DNA of 64,000 nucleotides from a virus: positions 1 to 64,000 of IMG/VR virus record IMGVR_UViG_3300021093_000041. One strand, 5' to 3'. The position numbers and the translations under genes are program-made. Below, one piece after another: positions 1 through 9,235 of the stretch (position 1 is the first letter of the stretch; each line of letters starts with the position of its first letter). The notes under the pieces are model-generated. The model searched no databases and was not told the DNA's origin. It worked only from the letters and a program-made list of their open reading frames with translations.

Positions 1-45
1 ATATTCATATACTTGTTCAAATGTATTTATTGTATTCATTGTAAA

Positions 46-375
46 TTAGCATTTCCATCTCCTACGGGCTGCACAACCTCTTGTTTTTTTACCTGCACAC
101 CCACCAGCTGGAATCCACGCACTTGATCTTGCACAAAAACTCTTTCTTCTTTTAGAGGCTTTAGATCCTTTTTTAACTTTACCTGTAACCGGTGCTTTAA
201 GTTTACTACCAGTCGCTCTATTATACTTAGCTCTACCTTTTGCCGTTAAACCTGCACCTTTGCTTACAGGCAATTTTTCTCCACGTTTTACCGATAATGA
301 TGGTCCACGTTTTTCTAAAATTGAATGTGCTATATCACTACCACCTATAAACTTTAATAGCATATCGAAATTCAT
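46..375 (-). CDS. Small basic late protein (DUF6321-like), probable head-internal protein
   Basis: AKGRAKYNRATGSKLKAPV...RRKSFCARS...RRWKC motif typical of T4-like phage basic proteins; start moved to ATG 375 because TATAAATA lies 5 nt upstream. Confidence 0.6.
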   Translation of the reverse strand: MNFDMLLKFIGGSDIAHSILEKRGPSLSVKRGEKLPVSKGAGLTAKGRAKYNRATGSKLKAPVTGKVKKGSKASKRRKSFCARSSAWIPAGGCAGKKTRGCAARRRWKC

Positions 376-400
376 ACATATATTTATATTAAATAAATGC

Positions 401-727
401 ATGACATCAGATAATCATCAAATTTTTAGACTTTATGAAAATGTAGCTAATTTAGGTCCGGCTGCAGAGTCACCTGTAGGTCCAAGTAATAATGAACAAG
501 TGTTAATTAATGTACCATCGGGTTTTGCTGTAAAAGATGATAACTATGATGATAGACGCAAAGATATGGTGAAGTCAAATCTTTTATCGTTAGCAAAAAA
601 TATACGTAGTATAGCTGAAGATTTCAAAAAACTTGATGATGTACCACCTTGGGTCCAAGAAAAATTAGCAGTTAGTGCACAATCAGTGCAAGATATTTCT
701 GATTATTACGATAGTAGAACAACTTAA
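401..727 (+). CDS. Hypothetical late protein
   Basis: TAAATA(390-395)-N5-ATG401; C-terminal PPWVQEKL...ISDY motif seen in T4-like head-associated proteins. Confidence 0.55.
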   Translation: MTSDNHQIFRLYENVANLGPAAESPVGPSNNEQVLINVPSGFAVKDDNYDDRRKDMVKSNLLSLAKNIRSIAEDFKKLDDVPPWVQEKLAVSAQSVQDISDYYDSRTT

Positions 728-729
728 TA

Positions 730-1437
730 TTATCGTTTGTCTTCGAATTTAAAATTAAAATAATCTATTTCAGTTTTTGCTTTTTTGGTGACAAAATCTA
801 TTAGTTCATCTGTATACCATAACGAATAGTGCTCTTTGGCTTTTTCTGTTATTTCCGGTAATATATATGAATGACTATCTGATACATTAAGCTTAGGTAA
901 CGTCGAAACAGGTAACCCCACATTAATACACACTTTATTAAAATCTTCTTGTAAATTTTCAAATCTACCAACAAAATCCATTATAAATTCACCTTTATAT
1001 GTCAAAAAATCCCATTGTGTATGATCGTAACCCCAAGCACCCATAACATGTTGTTTAAATGTATAAGCGCGAGCAGATTTTTCTCTAATACCTTCAGGTA
1101 AATTAGAATAGTAACTATGTTGCATACTATACTTGTAACCTGCAACTAACCCGTCGTATGTGTTTCTTACAAAAGCAAATTTATAATATTCATTAAAATT
1201 TATTTTAGGGTATATTACATTAAACTGATCAAAAGTAATATGACTATTACCAACATCCATTGGTAGTATATTGTAAGGTGCTCTATATAATTTATCAGCA
1301 CACCAGTTTATTAACATACGCTGATCAACCTGTCTATATTCGCTAAATGCAGCGTAAATGGAATGACCACCCGTTTTAAATAAGTGCTGGAAAATTGTTT
1401 TATTGTAAAAATCAAACCACATATAATTTATATACAT
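730..1437 (-). CDS. Sulfotransferase family 2-like protein
   Basis: HLFKTGGHSI (HIPKTGGTS-like PAPS loop), KFAFVRNTYD, DFVGRFENLQEDF. Confidence 0.75.
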   Translation of the reverse strand: MYINYMWFDFYNKTIFQHLFKTGGHSIYAAFSEYRQVDQRMLINWCADKLYRAPYNILPMDVGNSHITFDQFNVIYPKINFNEYYKFAFVRNTYDGLVAGYKYSMQHSYYSNLPEGIREKSARAYTFKQHVMGAWGYDHTQWDFLTYKGEFIMDFVGRFENLQEDFNKVCINVGLPVSTLPKLNVSDSHSYILPEITEKAKEHYSLWYTDELIDFVTKKAKTEIDYFNFKFEDKR

Positions 1438-1458
1438 GGTTGATACAATTTTTCAATC

Positions 1459-1872
1459 TTACTCTGTATATGTCGACATAAATGCCTTTAATTTATCGAA
1501 AATTTCCCGTGCGTTATTTTTATTGATATCTGCATTTAATACTTCGATTGGCATTTTATTTGGATCAATATCTAATGTAAGTGCTTTTCTTAGTAAACGA
1601 ATTAATTCAACCTCACCTTCAGATGTTAATTTTTCTGTTTCTTCTTGCTCAGGTGGGGTAGCTTCTGGTTGCGGTTGTTGTTGTGCTTGAGCTGTTTGGG
1701 CTGCTGTGGGGTCTAATGCAGCATCTTGCGCTACTGCAGCGTTAGGGTCGTCAGCAGTTTGTTCATCTAACTTATAACTATTAATGAGTTTTTTAAATTT
1801 TGTCTCGTGGATAGGTGTAACAATTTTTTCAATTTTTTTACCCTCTACACCAATAATTGATTTAAATCTCAT
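1459..1872 (-). CDS. Hypothetical protein with A/Q/P/E-rich linker
   Basis: ORF in minus-strand late cluster. Confidence 0.5.
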   Translation of the reverse strand: MRFKSIIGVEGKKIEKIVTPIHETKFKKLINSYKLDEQTADDPNAAVAQDAALDPTAAQTAQAQQQPQPEATPPEQEETEKLTSEGEVELIRLLRKALTLDIDPNKMPIEVLNADINKNNAREIFDKLKAFMSTYTE

Positions 1873-1873
1873 A

Positions 1874-2323
1874 TTATACGCCTCCCTTTTTCATTTTTGC
1901 TGCAGCTGCAGTTAATCTTGTTGATAAAGCATTTAATACATCACCGTATGCTTTTTGTATTTTTTTGACTGGGTTACCCATTAAACCACCTGTGAGAGTA
2001 TTTAGCATCCCACCTTTTGCTTTACCTTGAGCCATTGTATAAGCAGTGTTTATTGCATTCACTTCATTTGGTGTTAAAGAAAATTCCTCATCCTCTTCAT
2101 ATTCAACACTTACACATTTACCACATCTTTCAGTTTCTTCCATTATATGGTCAAAAAGAAATCTAAGCACATCTACTTTATAGTTTGTGCTATCCATAAT
2201 TTCTCTAACTTCTTTAGCAATATTAATCAACCTATCAATCTCTTCTTGATCAAGATTTTCCGATATAACCGGGGTGTTTAAATGCTTCTTATATCTTTGT
2301 TGAAGCGTTTGTTGGAACTTCAT
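1874..2323 (-). CDS. Hypothetical late protein
   Basis: TATAAATA(2329-2336, minus)-N5-ATG. Confidence 0.55.
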   Translation of the reverse strand: MKFQQTLQQRYKKHLNTPVISENLDQEEIDRLINIAKEVREIMDSTNYKVDVLRFLFDHIMEETERCGKCVSVEYEEDEEFSLTPNEVNAINTAYTMAQGKAKGGMLNTLTGGLMGNPVKKIQKAYGDVLNALSTRLTAAAAKMKKGGV

Positions 2324-2327
2324 ACTA

Positions 2328-2897
2328 TTATTTATACAATATCTGTTTACTTTTTACTGTTGTAAAATAGTCTTTAGATAAAAAATTGAGTTCGTATTTT
2401 TCAGCAAATTGTTTTGCTTTTTTAAACCAACCGTATTTAGATTGTTTGTTTTTAGCCAATAGTTGAATTTTATTAACTAATATTTTTATTTCATCGTTAT
2501 TATGTTTCAATTCACTCTCAATGTATAATAATGGTAATTTACCGGTAAATATACATAACGGTAACATTTTTGTATATGTTACCATTGCACTTTTAAAAAA
2601 CTTTACCATTACATTTTTATCAAAAAAACAGTCAAACCATCCATATTCATTATCTTCACAGTTATAGTATAACACTACCTTATTTTTAGTATTATACTTT
2701 ATAGTTTTTTCGCATAGTTGATGTACTAGTCTTGAATGAACAAACTTCTTAACGACGTGTTTTGATAAATTTATATCAATATTATACGAATTTAAATCAT
2801 TAATCGTAATAATACTAATATCTCTTATAACTTGATTTACACAGATTAAACAAATACCATGGTCATCTAAATCTAAAACCTGGGATAAATTATCCAT
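2328..2897 (-). CDS. Hypothetical protein, possible degenerate T4 RNase H-like fold
   Basis: GICLICVNQV resembles T4 RNase H GICLIDFSQI without the catalytic Asp. Confidence 0.4.
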   Translation of the reverse strand: MDNLSQVLDLDDHGICLICVNQVIRDISIITINDLNSYNIDINLSKHVVKKFVHSRLVHQLCEKTIKYNTKNKVVLYYNCEDNEYGWFDCFFDKNVMVKFFKSAMVTYTKMLPLCIFTGKLPLLYIESELKHNNDEIKILVNKIQLLAKNKQSKYGWFKKAKQFAEKYELNFLSKDYFTTVKSKQILYK

Positions 2898-2907
2898 ACC
2901 ATATTAT

Positions 2908-3330
2908 TCATGTATTTAATGTTTTTTTCAACTTAGGAATACGTAGATTAATAATTCCATTATAAAAATCTTCTCTCAATAACACTTTATGCTCAAATTG
3001 CAGTCTAGCTTCATGATACGCTAGTTCCCATTTACTTGTACAAAACATTATAATTTGAAACTTGAACTTATCTTTACCGTATTTTTGTATATCACCGTTA
3101 ACCTCGTTACTTGAACTGGTGTAGTTTTTCCAATCAGTTTCTATTTCTTCACATCTTTTATTTTTTCTACCTTTAAGCGGTGGTCTTTTTTTAATAGTCT
3201 TCATCTGTTTTTTACCAATATACATTTTATTAGTAACTGTATTGGTAATTAAATAGATAAAACCATACTGCGTACTAATAAATTGATTATCAGGATTAAA
3301 ACAACAAATTTCCCAATGACCTAAATCCAT
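2908..3330 (-). CDS. GIY-YIG nuclease (T4 endonuclease II/DenA-like)
   Basis: YGFIYLITN...KMYIGKK; WKNYTSS; FYNGIIN. Confidence 0.75.
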   Translation of the reverse strand: MDLGHWEICCFNPDNQFISTQYGFIYLITNTVTNKMYIGKKQMKTIKKRPPLKGRKNKRCEEIETDWKNYTSSSNEVNGDIQKYGKDKFKFQIIMFCTSKWELAYHEARLQFEHKVLLREDFYNGIINLRIPKLKKTLNT

Positions 3331-3341
3331 GTACTCACTTA

Positions 3342-3596
3342 TTAGAAATATGTAAATGTTCTACGCTGTATTGGTATAATTGTTTTTCTCTTACCTTTTT
3401 TCTTACTTTTTTTCTTTATTTGTTTTGCACCTAACACTTTAGGTATTCTATAATCACCTGGTGCATATGTATCACCGGTATATAATTCATTACCACCTGA
3501 ACCAATGTTAACATTACCATTGGAAAATACAGATCCTGTACCACCAGCTACATTATCTTCCATTATTTTAGTGTATAACTGATCAAATGTTTTCAT
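3342..3596 (-). CDS. Small basic protein reproducing the N-arm of the major capsid protein
   Basis: NVAGGTGSVFSNG...GDTYAPGDYRIPK...IPIQRRTF matches gp23 NVAGGTGSVFSNG...GDTYATGDFRLPK..IPMIRRTF. Confidence 0.75.
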   Translation of the reverse strand: MKTFDQLYTKIMEDNVAGGTGSVFSNGNVNIGSGGNELYTGDTYAPGDYRIPKVLGAKQIKKKSKKKGKRKTIIPIQRRTFTYF

Positions 3597-4102
3597 AATG
3601 AACTACTATTTGTTTGGTATGGTAACATAGTCATATTCATATTTACTCTCCCAACATTGTATTTGGGAACTACTTTTCTATTACCAGGTTTAATATATTG
3701 TTTTTTACGTTTTGCTATTTTATTTGCTGTGTTAGATCCAGGTATTGGTAAAAGTTCTGGTGCTGATTGAAATGTAGTCATTGGAAAATCACCAAAATTG
3801 TTACCTTGTATAACAGCACTTTGATTTGTTTCATTTTTCAAGTTTTCTGGTGGTATTGATTTATCTAACCATGATTTAATTTTTTTATCTAATGGTTTTA
3901 CTCTAATAATTTGGCTCCATTCAGGTCGCGGTGGTGGTAATGGTTGTAAACCATTAATTTCTCTTCGTATTTTTTCAAATTCGTAATCCGACATGTTAAA
4001 TATTGGATTTCCACGTGAGTCAATTATTACTTCGCCTTTAATATCTAATAATGGGTAATGTTTACTTTCTGTTTGCAGATAATAATATTGTGAAAAGTTC
4101 AT
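3593..4102 (-). CDS. Hypothetical protein
   Basis: ORF with 4-nt overlap with the next gene; TATAAATA at 4142-4149 (minus). Confidence 0.5.
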   Translation of the reverse strand: MNFSQYYYLQTESKHYPLLDIKGEVIIDSRGNPIFNMSDYEFEKIRREINGLQPLPPPRPEWSQIIRVKPLDKKIKSWLDKSIPPENLKNETNQSAVIQGNNFGDFPMTTFQSAPELLPIPGSNTANKIAKRKKQYIKPGNRKVVPKYNVGRVNMNMTMLPYQTNSSSL

Positions 4103-4173
4103 AATTTTACAGTTGATTTCCCAATTAATTGTCCTTTATAATATTTATAGAAGAAAAGATTAAAACTATCTCT

Positions 4174-4581
4174 ATGATATCTGGAAAAGAGCTGCTCGAA
4201 AAATATATTACCGAATTAGATGCGGATGTTAAGATAGATCAGTTTAATCTCAAAGAAGTTCAATTGGCATTACCTGGTATAAAACATAAATGGTCGGGAA
4301 GGTTGGTGAGACATAAAATTGATCTTAATGAGCTAAATTTAAAAAGATCTCTCAAACTTACAGAAATAGTAAATCAAATAGAATACCAATCACCAGCACC
4401 GTTACCTAAACCTATTATAGAAAAAAATGCATTAAAACATAGCGCACTATTTGAAATTGATACACAAATAACATATACTAAACTTATTATCGAATTTCTT
4501 GAAAAGACTGAAAAGACTTTGTCAAGTATGACCTTCGATATATCAAACATAGTAAAAATAATTACAATTGAAACTACATGA
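4174..4581 (+). CDS. uvsY: Recombination mediator UvsY-like
   Basis: Size, helical character, D..ID..NL...KHKW pattern, directly upstream of uvsW. Confidence 0.7.
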   Translation: MISGKELLEKYITELDADVKIDQFNLKEVQLALPGIKHKWSGRLVRHKIDLNELNLKRSLKLTEIVNQIEYQSPAPLPKPIIEKNALKHSALFEIDTQITYTKLIIEFLEKTEKTLSSMTFDISNIVKIITIETT

Positions 4582-6032
4582 TTGAGTTTAGCTACGATCA
4601 AGGGAATAAACGTGCAGTAATTACCGGTGATGATGATGTTGTAGCACGGGTAAGAGAATATTTTTCGTACGAAAACCCTGGTGCTAAATTTGCTCGTAGA
4701 ATAGGTAGATTTATACCTGAGAGAACCTATTTAATTACACCTACATGTAGGTTTGATGAAGGTTTAACATATACAATAAAAGATTATATTGAAAAAGAGT
4801 TTAATGGTGTATCAATTAGTGTTTCTCAAGAACTTGAAACTAGGTTAAAACCCAAATTTATAGATAATCTTTCAACTGAATTGACTTTAAAGTTGCGTGA
4901 TTATCAGAAAGATATTGTTAATTCTTGTCTTCAACATGGTAGAGGAGTTGTGTTATTGGCTACCGCAGGTGGCAAAACTTTAACATTTGCTACACTGCTT
5001 GAAAATCTATATCAGCTTATAGATAAAAAAGATATATGGAAGGTACTTGTAGTTGTTCCAGATTTAGGTCTTGTAAATCAAACGTACGATGATTTTGTGA
5101 AGTATGGTGTAAACTTTACGTTTTCAAAATGGACTGGTAACAATGAGTTAAATTTAGGTTCAAACGTAATTATTGCTAATTTAGGTATTTTACAAAGTAA
5201 AAATACCGATACTGAATGGATAAAATATGTCGATACTCTTATTATAGATGAGGTGCATAAATTACGTAAAGATAATAAGATTAACAAATTAATAAAATCA
5301 GTTAAAACAGTCCACAAGTTTGGATTTACAGGTACATTGCCTGAAGAATTACCTGATCAATATAACATAATAGGTAAAATTGGCTCGGTGTTGTATGAAA
5401 AACGTAGTTACGAATTACGAGATGATAAGTATATAACTACTGCTGAAGCATTAATTTTTAATATTTCATATAATATATTACCAAATTATGGTTCTATGGA
5501 TTTGGTAGACCCGGGAGTGTGGTATAGAGCTGAACAAGAATTTATTACCGGTAATATATTTAGAAATCAGCTTATTGGTAAGTTTTGTAACGGTATTAAA
5601 AATAATACTCTTATACTTGTAGATTTAATTAAACATGGCGAAACAATATTTTCCACACTTAAGGAAATGTGCCCATCTAAACAGGTGTTTTTTATACAAG
5701 GTGAAGTTGAAGTAAGTGAACGAGATAAAGTTAAACAAATGATGGAGCAGCAAGATAATATCATTTGTATAGCAATAAGTAAAATATTTAGTACCGGTAT
5801 TAGTATTAATAACATACACTACATTATATTTGCAAGCGGTGGTAAAGCGAAAGTTAAAATACTGCAAAGTATCGGTAGGGGTTTACGGTTACATGAAAAT
5901 AAAAATAAATTAGTGTTAGTTGATATAGCAGATCAGCTTAAATATGGTGGTGACCATTCAGATCGTAGACTTGAATTATATAAAAACGAGCGTATATTAG
6001 TTAAGACACACAATTTTCAGGAAAAAATATGA
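4578..6032 (+). CDS. uvsW: UvsW-like SF2 DNA helicase
   Basis: LRDYQ, ATAGGKT, DEVH, GFTGT, QSIGRGLR motifs. Confidence 0.92.
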   Translation: MIEFSYDQGNKRAVITGDDDVVARVREYFSYENPGAKFARRIGRFIPERTYLITPTCRFDEGLTYTIKDYIEKEFNGVSISVSQELETRLKPKFIDNLSTELTLKLRDYQKDIVNSCLQHGRGVVLLATAGGKTLTFATLLENLYQLIDKKDIWKVLVVVPDLGLVNQTYDDFVKYGVNFTFSKWTGNNELNLGSNVIIANLGILQSKNTDTEWIKYVDTLIIDEVHKLRKDNKINKLIKSVKTVHKFGFTGTLPEELPDQYNIIGKIGSVLYEKRSYELRDDKYITTAEALIFNISYNILPNYGSMDLVDPGVWYRAEQEFITGNIFRNQLIGKFCNGIKNNTLILVDLIKHGETIFSTLKEMCPSKQVFFIQGEVEVSERDKVKQMMEQQDNIICIAISKIFSTGISINNIHYIIFASGGKAKVKILQSIGRGLRLHENKNKLVLVDIADQLKYGGDHSDRRLELYKNERILVKTHNFQEKI

Positions 6033-6640
6033 TCATAGGATTTACAGGACCGCAGTGCGCTGGTAAAACTACAATTGCAACACAATTGTGTAGTTATCTT
6101 ACCAACTGTAATTTTGATGTTGTATTTCAACCTGAACAAGTTTTACCTAAAGATTTAACTGATATTACAAGTAAAGAACTTGAGTTAGTTCAATGTATGA
6201 CGCTGAACCATCATATTAAACCGTTATTAAATCATGCGTATAATACAAAGTTAAAAAGAATTCTTGTTACTGATAGGACAATAATTGATGCATATGTTTA
6301 CACTAATTTTTTTGCAAAACAACAAACTCTCCCTGAAGAATTATTAAGATATTCAGGTTACCTGGTTAGAAAGTTGGTGCCATACTATTCAGTAATATTT
6401 CACTGTGATATTGAAAATATTGATTTGGTGGATGATGGTATTAGATCTACAGATAACACGTTTAGAACAGACATTTCTGTAGAATTTATTAATTATTTAA
6501 AGTGTAATAATAAATTTTTAAATAATAATAATGTTAGAATTCTCAGTTTAAGAGGACCACTTGAACAGCGCGTTCAAAAAGCCATTCAATTTTTCGAAGA
6601 AATAAAATTTCAAGGTTTTAAACAATTATATGCTAAGTAA
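6029..6640 (+). CDS. P-loop nucleotide kinase-like protein (NadR/dNMP kinase-like)
   Basis: GPQCAGKTT, TDRTIIDAYVY, DDGIRSTD. Confidence 0.7.
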   Translation: MIIGFTGPQCAGKTTIATQLCSYLTNCNFDVVFQPEQVLPKDLTDITSKELELVQCMTLNHHIKPLLNHAYNTKLKRILVTDRTIIDAYVYTNFFAKQQTLPEELLRYSGYLVRKLVPYYSVIFHCDIENIDLVDDGIRSTDNTFRTDISVEFINYLKCNNKFLNNNNVRILSLRGPLEQRVQKAIQFFEEIKFQGFKQLYAK

Positions 6641-7127
6641 AAAACTTCAAAACGGTAAAAAAATTAAACCTAAGGATCGTCCTCATTATGTTAATAGTAA
6701 GGAATTTGAAGAAGAGATCAAAGCGTACTACAAAACTGGTGAATGTACAGAAAAACTTTGTGATTCATTATCAAAAATTGCACATGGGTTGAGCTATGCA
6801 CCTAATTTTATCAATTATTCATATAAAGATGAAATGATAGGTGATGCAATAGTTAAGATGTTCCAAGCATTAAAGAATAAGAAATTTGAGTTAGATGCAA
6901 GAGATAGTGAAGGTAATAGTTATAATCCTTTTTCATATTTTACAACAATTGCTTTTCATGCATTTATTAACCGTATAAAAAAGGAGAAAAAACATCAGGA
7001 AATTGTTACAGATTATAAACATAAAGTTTATGAAGATATAATGGGTGATAAAGATATAACAAATGGTTGTGTATATGTTAATATAGTGCATGAAGATACA
7101 CAAGATAACTACAATGCTTCTGTATAA
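6630..7127 (+). CDS. 55: Sigma factor for late transcription (gp55)
   Basis: HYVNSKEF, NFINYSYKDEMIGDAI, NPFSYFTTIAFHAFINRIKKEK. Confidence 0.92.
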   Translation: MLSKKLQNGKKIKPKDRPHYVNSKEFEEEIKAYYKTGECTEKLCDSLSKIAHGLSYAPNFINYSYKDEMIGDAIVKMFQALKNKKFELDARDSEGNSYNPFSYFTTIAFHAFINRIKKEKKHQEIVTDYKHKVYEDIMGDKDITNGCVYVNIVHEDTQDNYNASV

Positions 7128-7130
7128 ATA
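7123..7130 (+). promoter_or_regulatory. T4-type late promoter TATAAATA (representative of about 19 sites)
   Basis: Exact T4 consensus, 5 nt before ATG; gp55 encoded adjacent. Confidence 0.8.
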
Positions 7131-7135
7131 ATTAC

Positions 7136-8086
7136 ATGCGTTGGGGTGTAATTATTTTATTGTTTATACTAGCAGGTTGTTCTACAGTTAGACCTTCAAA
7201 GCAAGTCACCACCAATCAAAAAGCAATTGACAAAGAAGATAAAAAAGTAGCTAAAATTTTTAGTGAGTTGGTAGATAATACCACAGATCAAAAAAATCAA
7301 ACAGCTATATTAATTGCAGGTACACAACGTAGTTTAAATCAAATAACCAACCCACCAATACAAGTAACCACTGCCCAACAATTAAACGAACGGGTAATTA
7401 ATATTGTTGGTACACCTAATTTAGATGAATTGCAAAAAATTAACAAAATTGTTGATTTGTTGAATTCAACAATTGCAAATGAACGCAAAAAAGGTGAACA
7501 ATTATTAGTTCAGCGTGATAGTCAAATTGTCGAATTACAAAGAGAAAAAACTGGTCTACAAAAACAACATGCTGATCAAATAAGAAATCTTACTGATGTT
7601 GCAAAACAGTCGGCAAAAACAGCAGATGAAAATCAAGCTGCATTTGATTCAATGAGTGGGTTTTTTGGTTTAAATGCTGTGTTTTGGGGTTTAAAAAGAT
7701 TTTTTATAAGTACATTTACATTTTTAATAATTTTTAGTGTACTCTTTATTATATTGAGAATTTTATCAACTGTAAATCCTATAGCAGCAACTATATTTTC
7801 AATTTTTGACCTTATCGGTTCAGTGGTTTTAGGTGTTATAAAAGGCTTGACACCTAAAGCATTTGAAATGGCTAAATATACATCAAGCGCAGTAACGCAA
7901 AGCTACAAACAAACACTTATTAAAATTATAGATACAATTGAAACTTTAAAACAAAAGCAAAAAGACAACCCGTCTGTAAAATATGAACTCGATCAAGTTC
8001 TTAATAAATTAAGTCAGAATATGAATGATAGCAATAAAACTATAATTGATAATATTTTGGTGGAAGAAAAGTGGAGACACCGTTAA
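7136..8086 (+). CDS. Late lipoprotein with coiled coil and C-terminal transmembrane segments (candidate unimolecular spanin)
   Basis: Lipobox ILAG-C15; long helical region; hydrophobic segments after about aa 175; TATAAATA-N5-ATG. Confidence 0.5.
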   Translation: MRWGVIILLFILAGCSTVRPSKQVTTNQKAIDKEDKKVAKIFSELVDNTTDQKNQTAILIAGTQRSLNQITNPPIQVTTAQQLNERVINIVGTPNLDELQKINKIVDLLNSTIANERKKGEQLLVQRDSQIVELQREKTGLQKQHADQIRNLTDVAKQSAKTADENQAAFDSMSGFFGLNAVFWGLKRFFISTFTFLIIFSVLFIILRILSTVNPIAATIFSIFDLIGSVVLGVIKGLTPKAFEMAKYTSSAVTQSYKQTLIKIIDTIETLKQKQKDNPSVKYELDQVLNKLSQNMNDSNKTIIDNILVEEKWRHR

Positions 8087-9201
8087 CTGTTGTATTCACT
8101 TATATCGTTCCAAACTGTATAAAAACTTTTTGTAAATGTACCATCGGTGGTGCAAGGGTTTGGTGGATTATGGGGTACATTATGTGACCAATCTGAAAAT
8201 TCTAAAAATTTAGGTCTAAATAATGAGTAATATAATGATAAAATTGGCTCTTCAGTGAATAATGTATTATATTCGTAGTTCAATAAAAAGTTTAAATGAT
8301 CATAATAAAAATGATTCAAATGATCTATTTTAGAGCGAGTTACACCAATAATACCACCTATAATCTGTTTGGTGAAAATACCTATAGGGTCATGCTTACC
8401 TTTATCAGTTGGTTGTCTTGAATATGTACTCACACCCGGTGTATAAACCGGGGATAATTTATAAACTTTATTGTTTTCACCTAAACTCCATTCACAATTT
8501 GGATCAATATAATCTTTTAAATTATTTTTAAACACGTAAATTGCTTGTACCCATTGTAAATTGCTATCATACCAATTATTTTTATGACCAACTAAAAATA
8601 TATCATTAGTTGATAACAATTTCTTAAAGCCTTCACCAATTGATGGTTTGAACATTGTTGAAGTACTATGTGGATAAAATTGAGTATAATTGTGGCTACC
8701 ACCGTTAATTTCCATACCACCGTAACATCTAGGATTTAGACCCCAATGAGTTATACCTGCATCTAACCAAATTACACTACCAAGATCAGGGTACTTATCA
8801 AAGACCTTCTTTAAAAATATAACCTTCGAATGACAAATTGTTTCATTACGAGTCCAATAAAACCCGTTTGGATTGTTAACTTTATCGCTGTTTATTTTTT
8901 CTAACGATTTTACTCTATTGCTTATAATTAAATCCAAATATGGGTGTGATCTCAATTCGTGCTGTATTATTTCAGCATCTAATTTATCGTTTAGGTTTGT
9001 TTTAAACTCAGAAATTATGTTGTTTATTTTTACAACAGTGTTGTTATCTGTATTGCAAAAAATTGTAACCGGTAACCCCATGTTAAATATGTTAAATAAA
9101 GTCCACTTATAATATTCTTCAGGCCAACTTCTACCACCCAATTCACTTTCCCTGTGAGAATGATATACACTAGTGACGATTCTTATGTTGGAATTAACCA
9201 T
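8083..9201 (-). CDS. HtrL/WlaTC-like glycosyltransferase-related protein
   Basis: HSKVIFLK...WLDAGITHW, IGGIIG, TEEPILS; TAAATA-N5-ATG. Confidence 0.55.
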   Translation of the reverse strand: MVNSNIRIVTSVYHSHRESELGGRSWPEEYYKWTLFNIFNMGLPVTIFCNTDNNTVVKINNIISEFKTNLNDKLDAEIIQHELRSHPYLDLIISNRVKSLEKINSDKVNNPNGFYWTRNETICHSKVIFLKKVFDKYPDLGSVIWLDAGITHWGLNPRCYGGMEINGGSHNYTQFYPHSTSTMFKPSIGEGFKKLLSTNDIFLVGHKNNWYDSNLQWVQAIYVFKNNLKDYIDPNCEWSLGENNKVYKLSPVYTPGVSTYSRQPTDKGKHDPIGIFTKQIIGGIIGVTRSKIDHLNHFYYDHLNFLLNYEYNTLFTEEPILSLYYSLFRPKFLEFSDWSHNVPHNPPNPCTTDGTFTKSFYTVWNDISEYNS

Positions 9202-9235
9202 AATAGTATTTAAAATATCATTATAAATTTACAAT

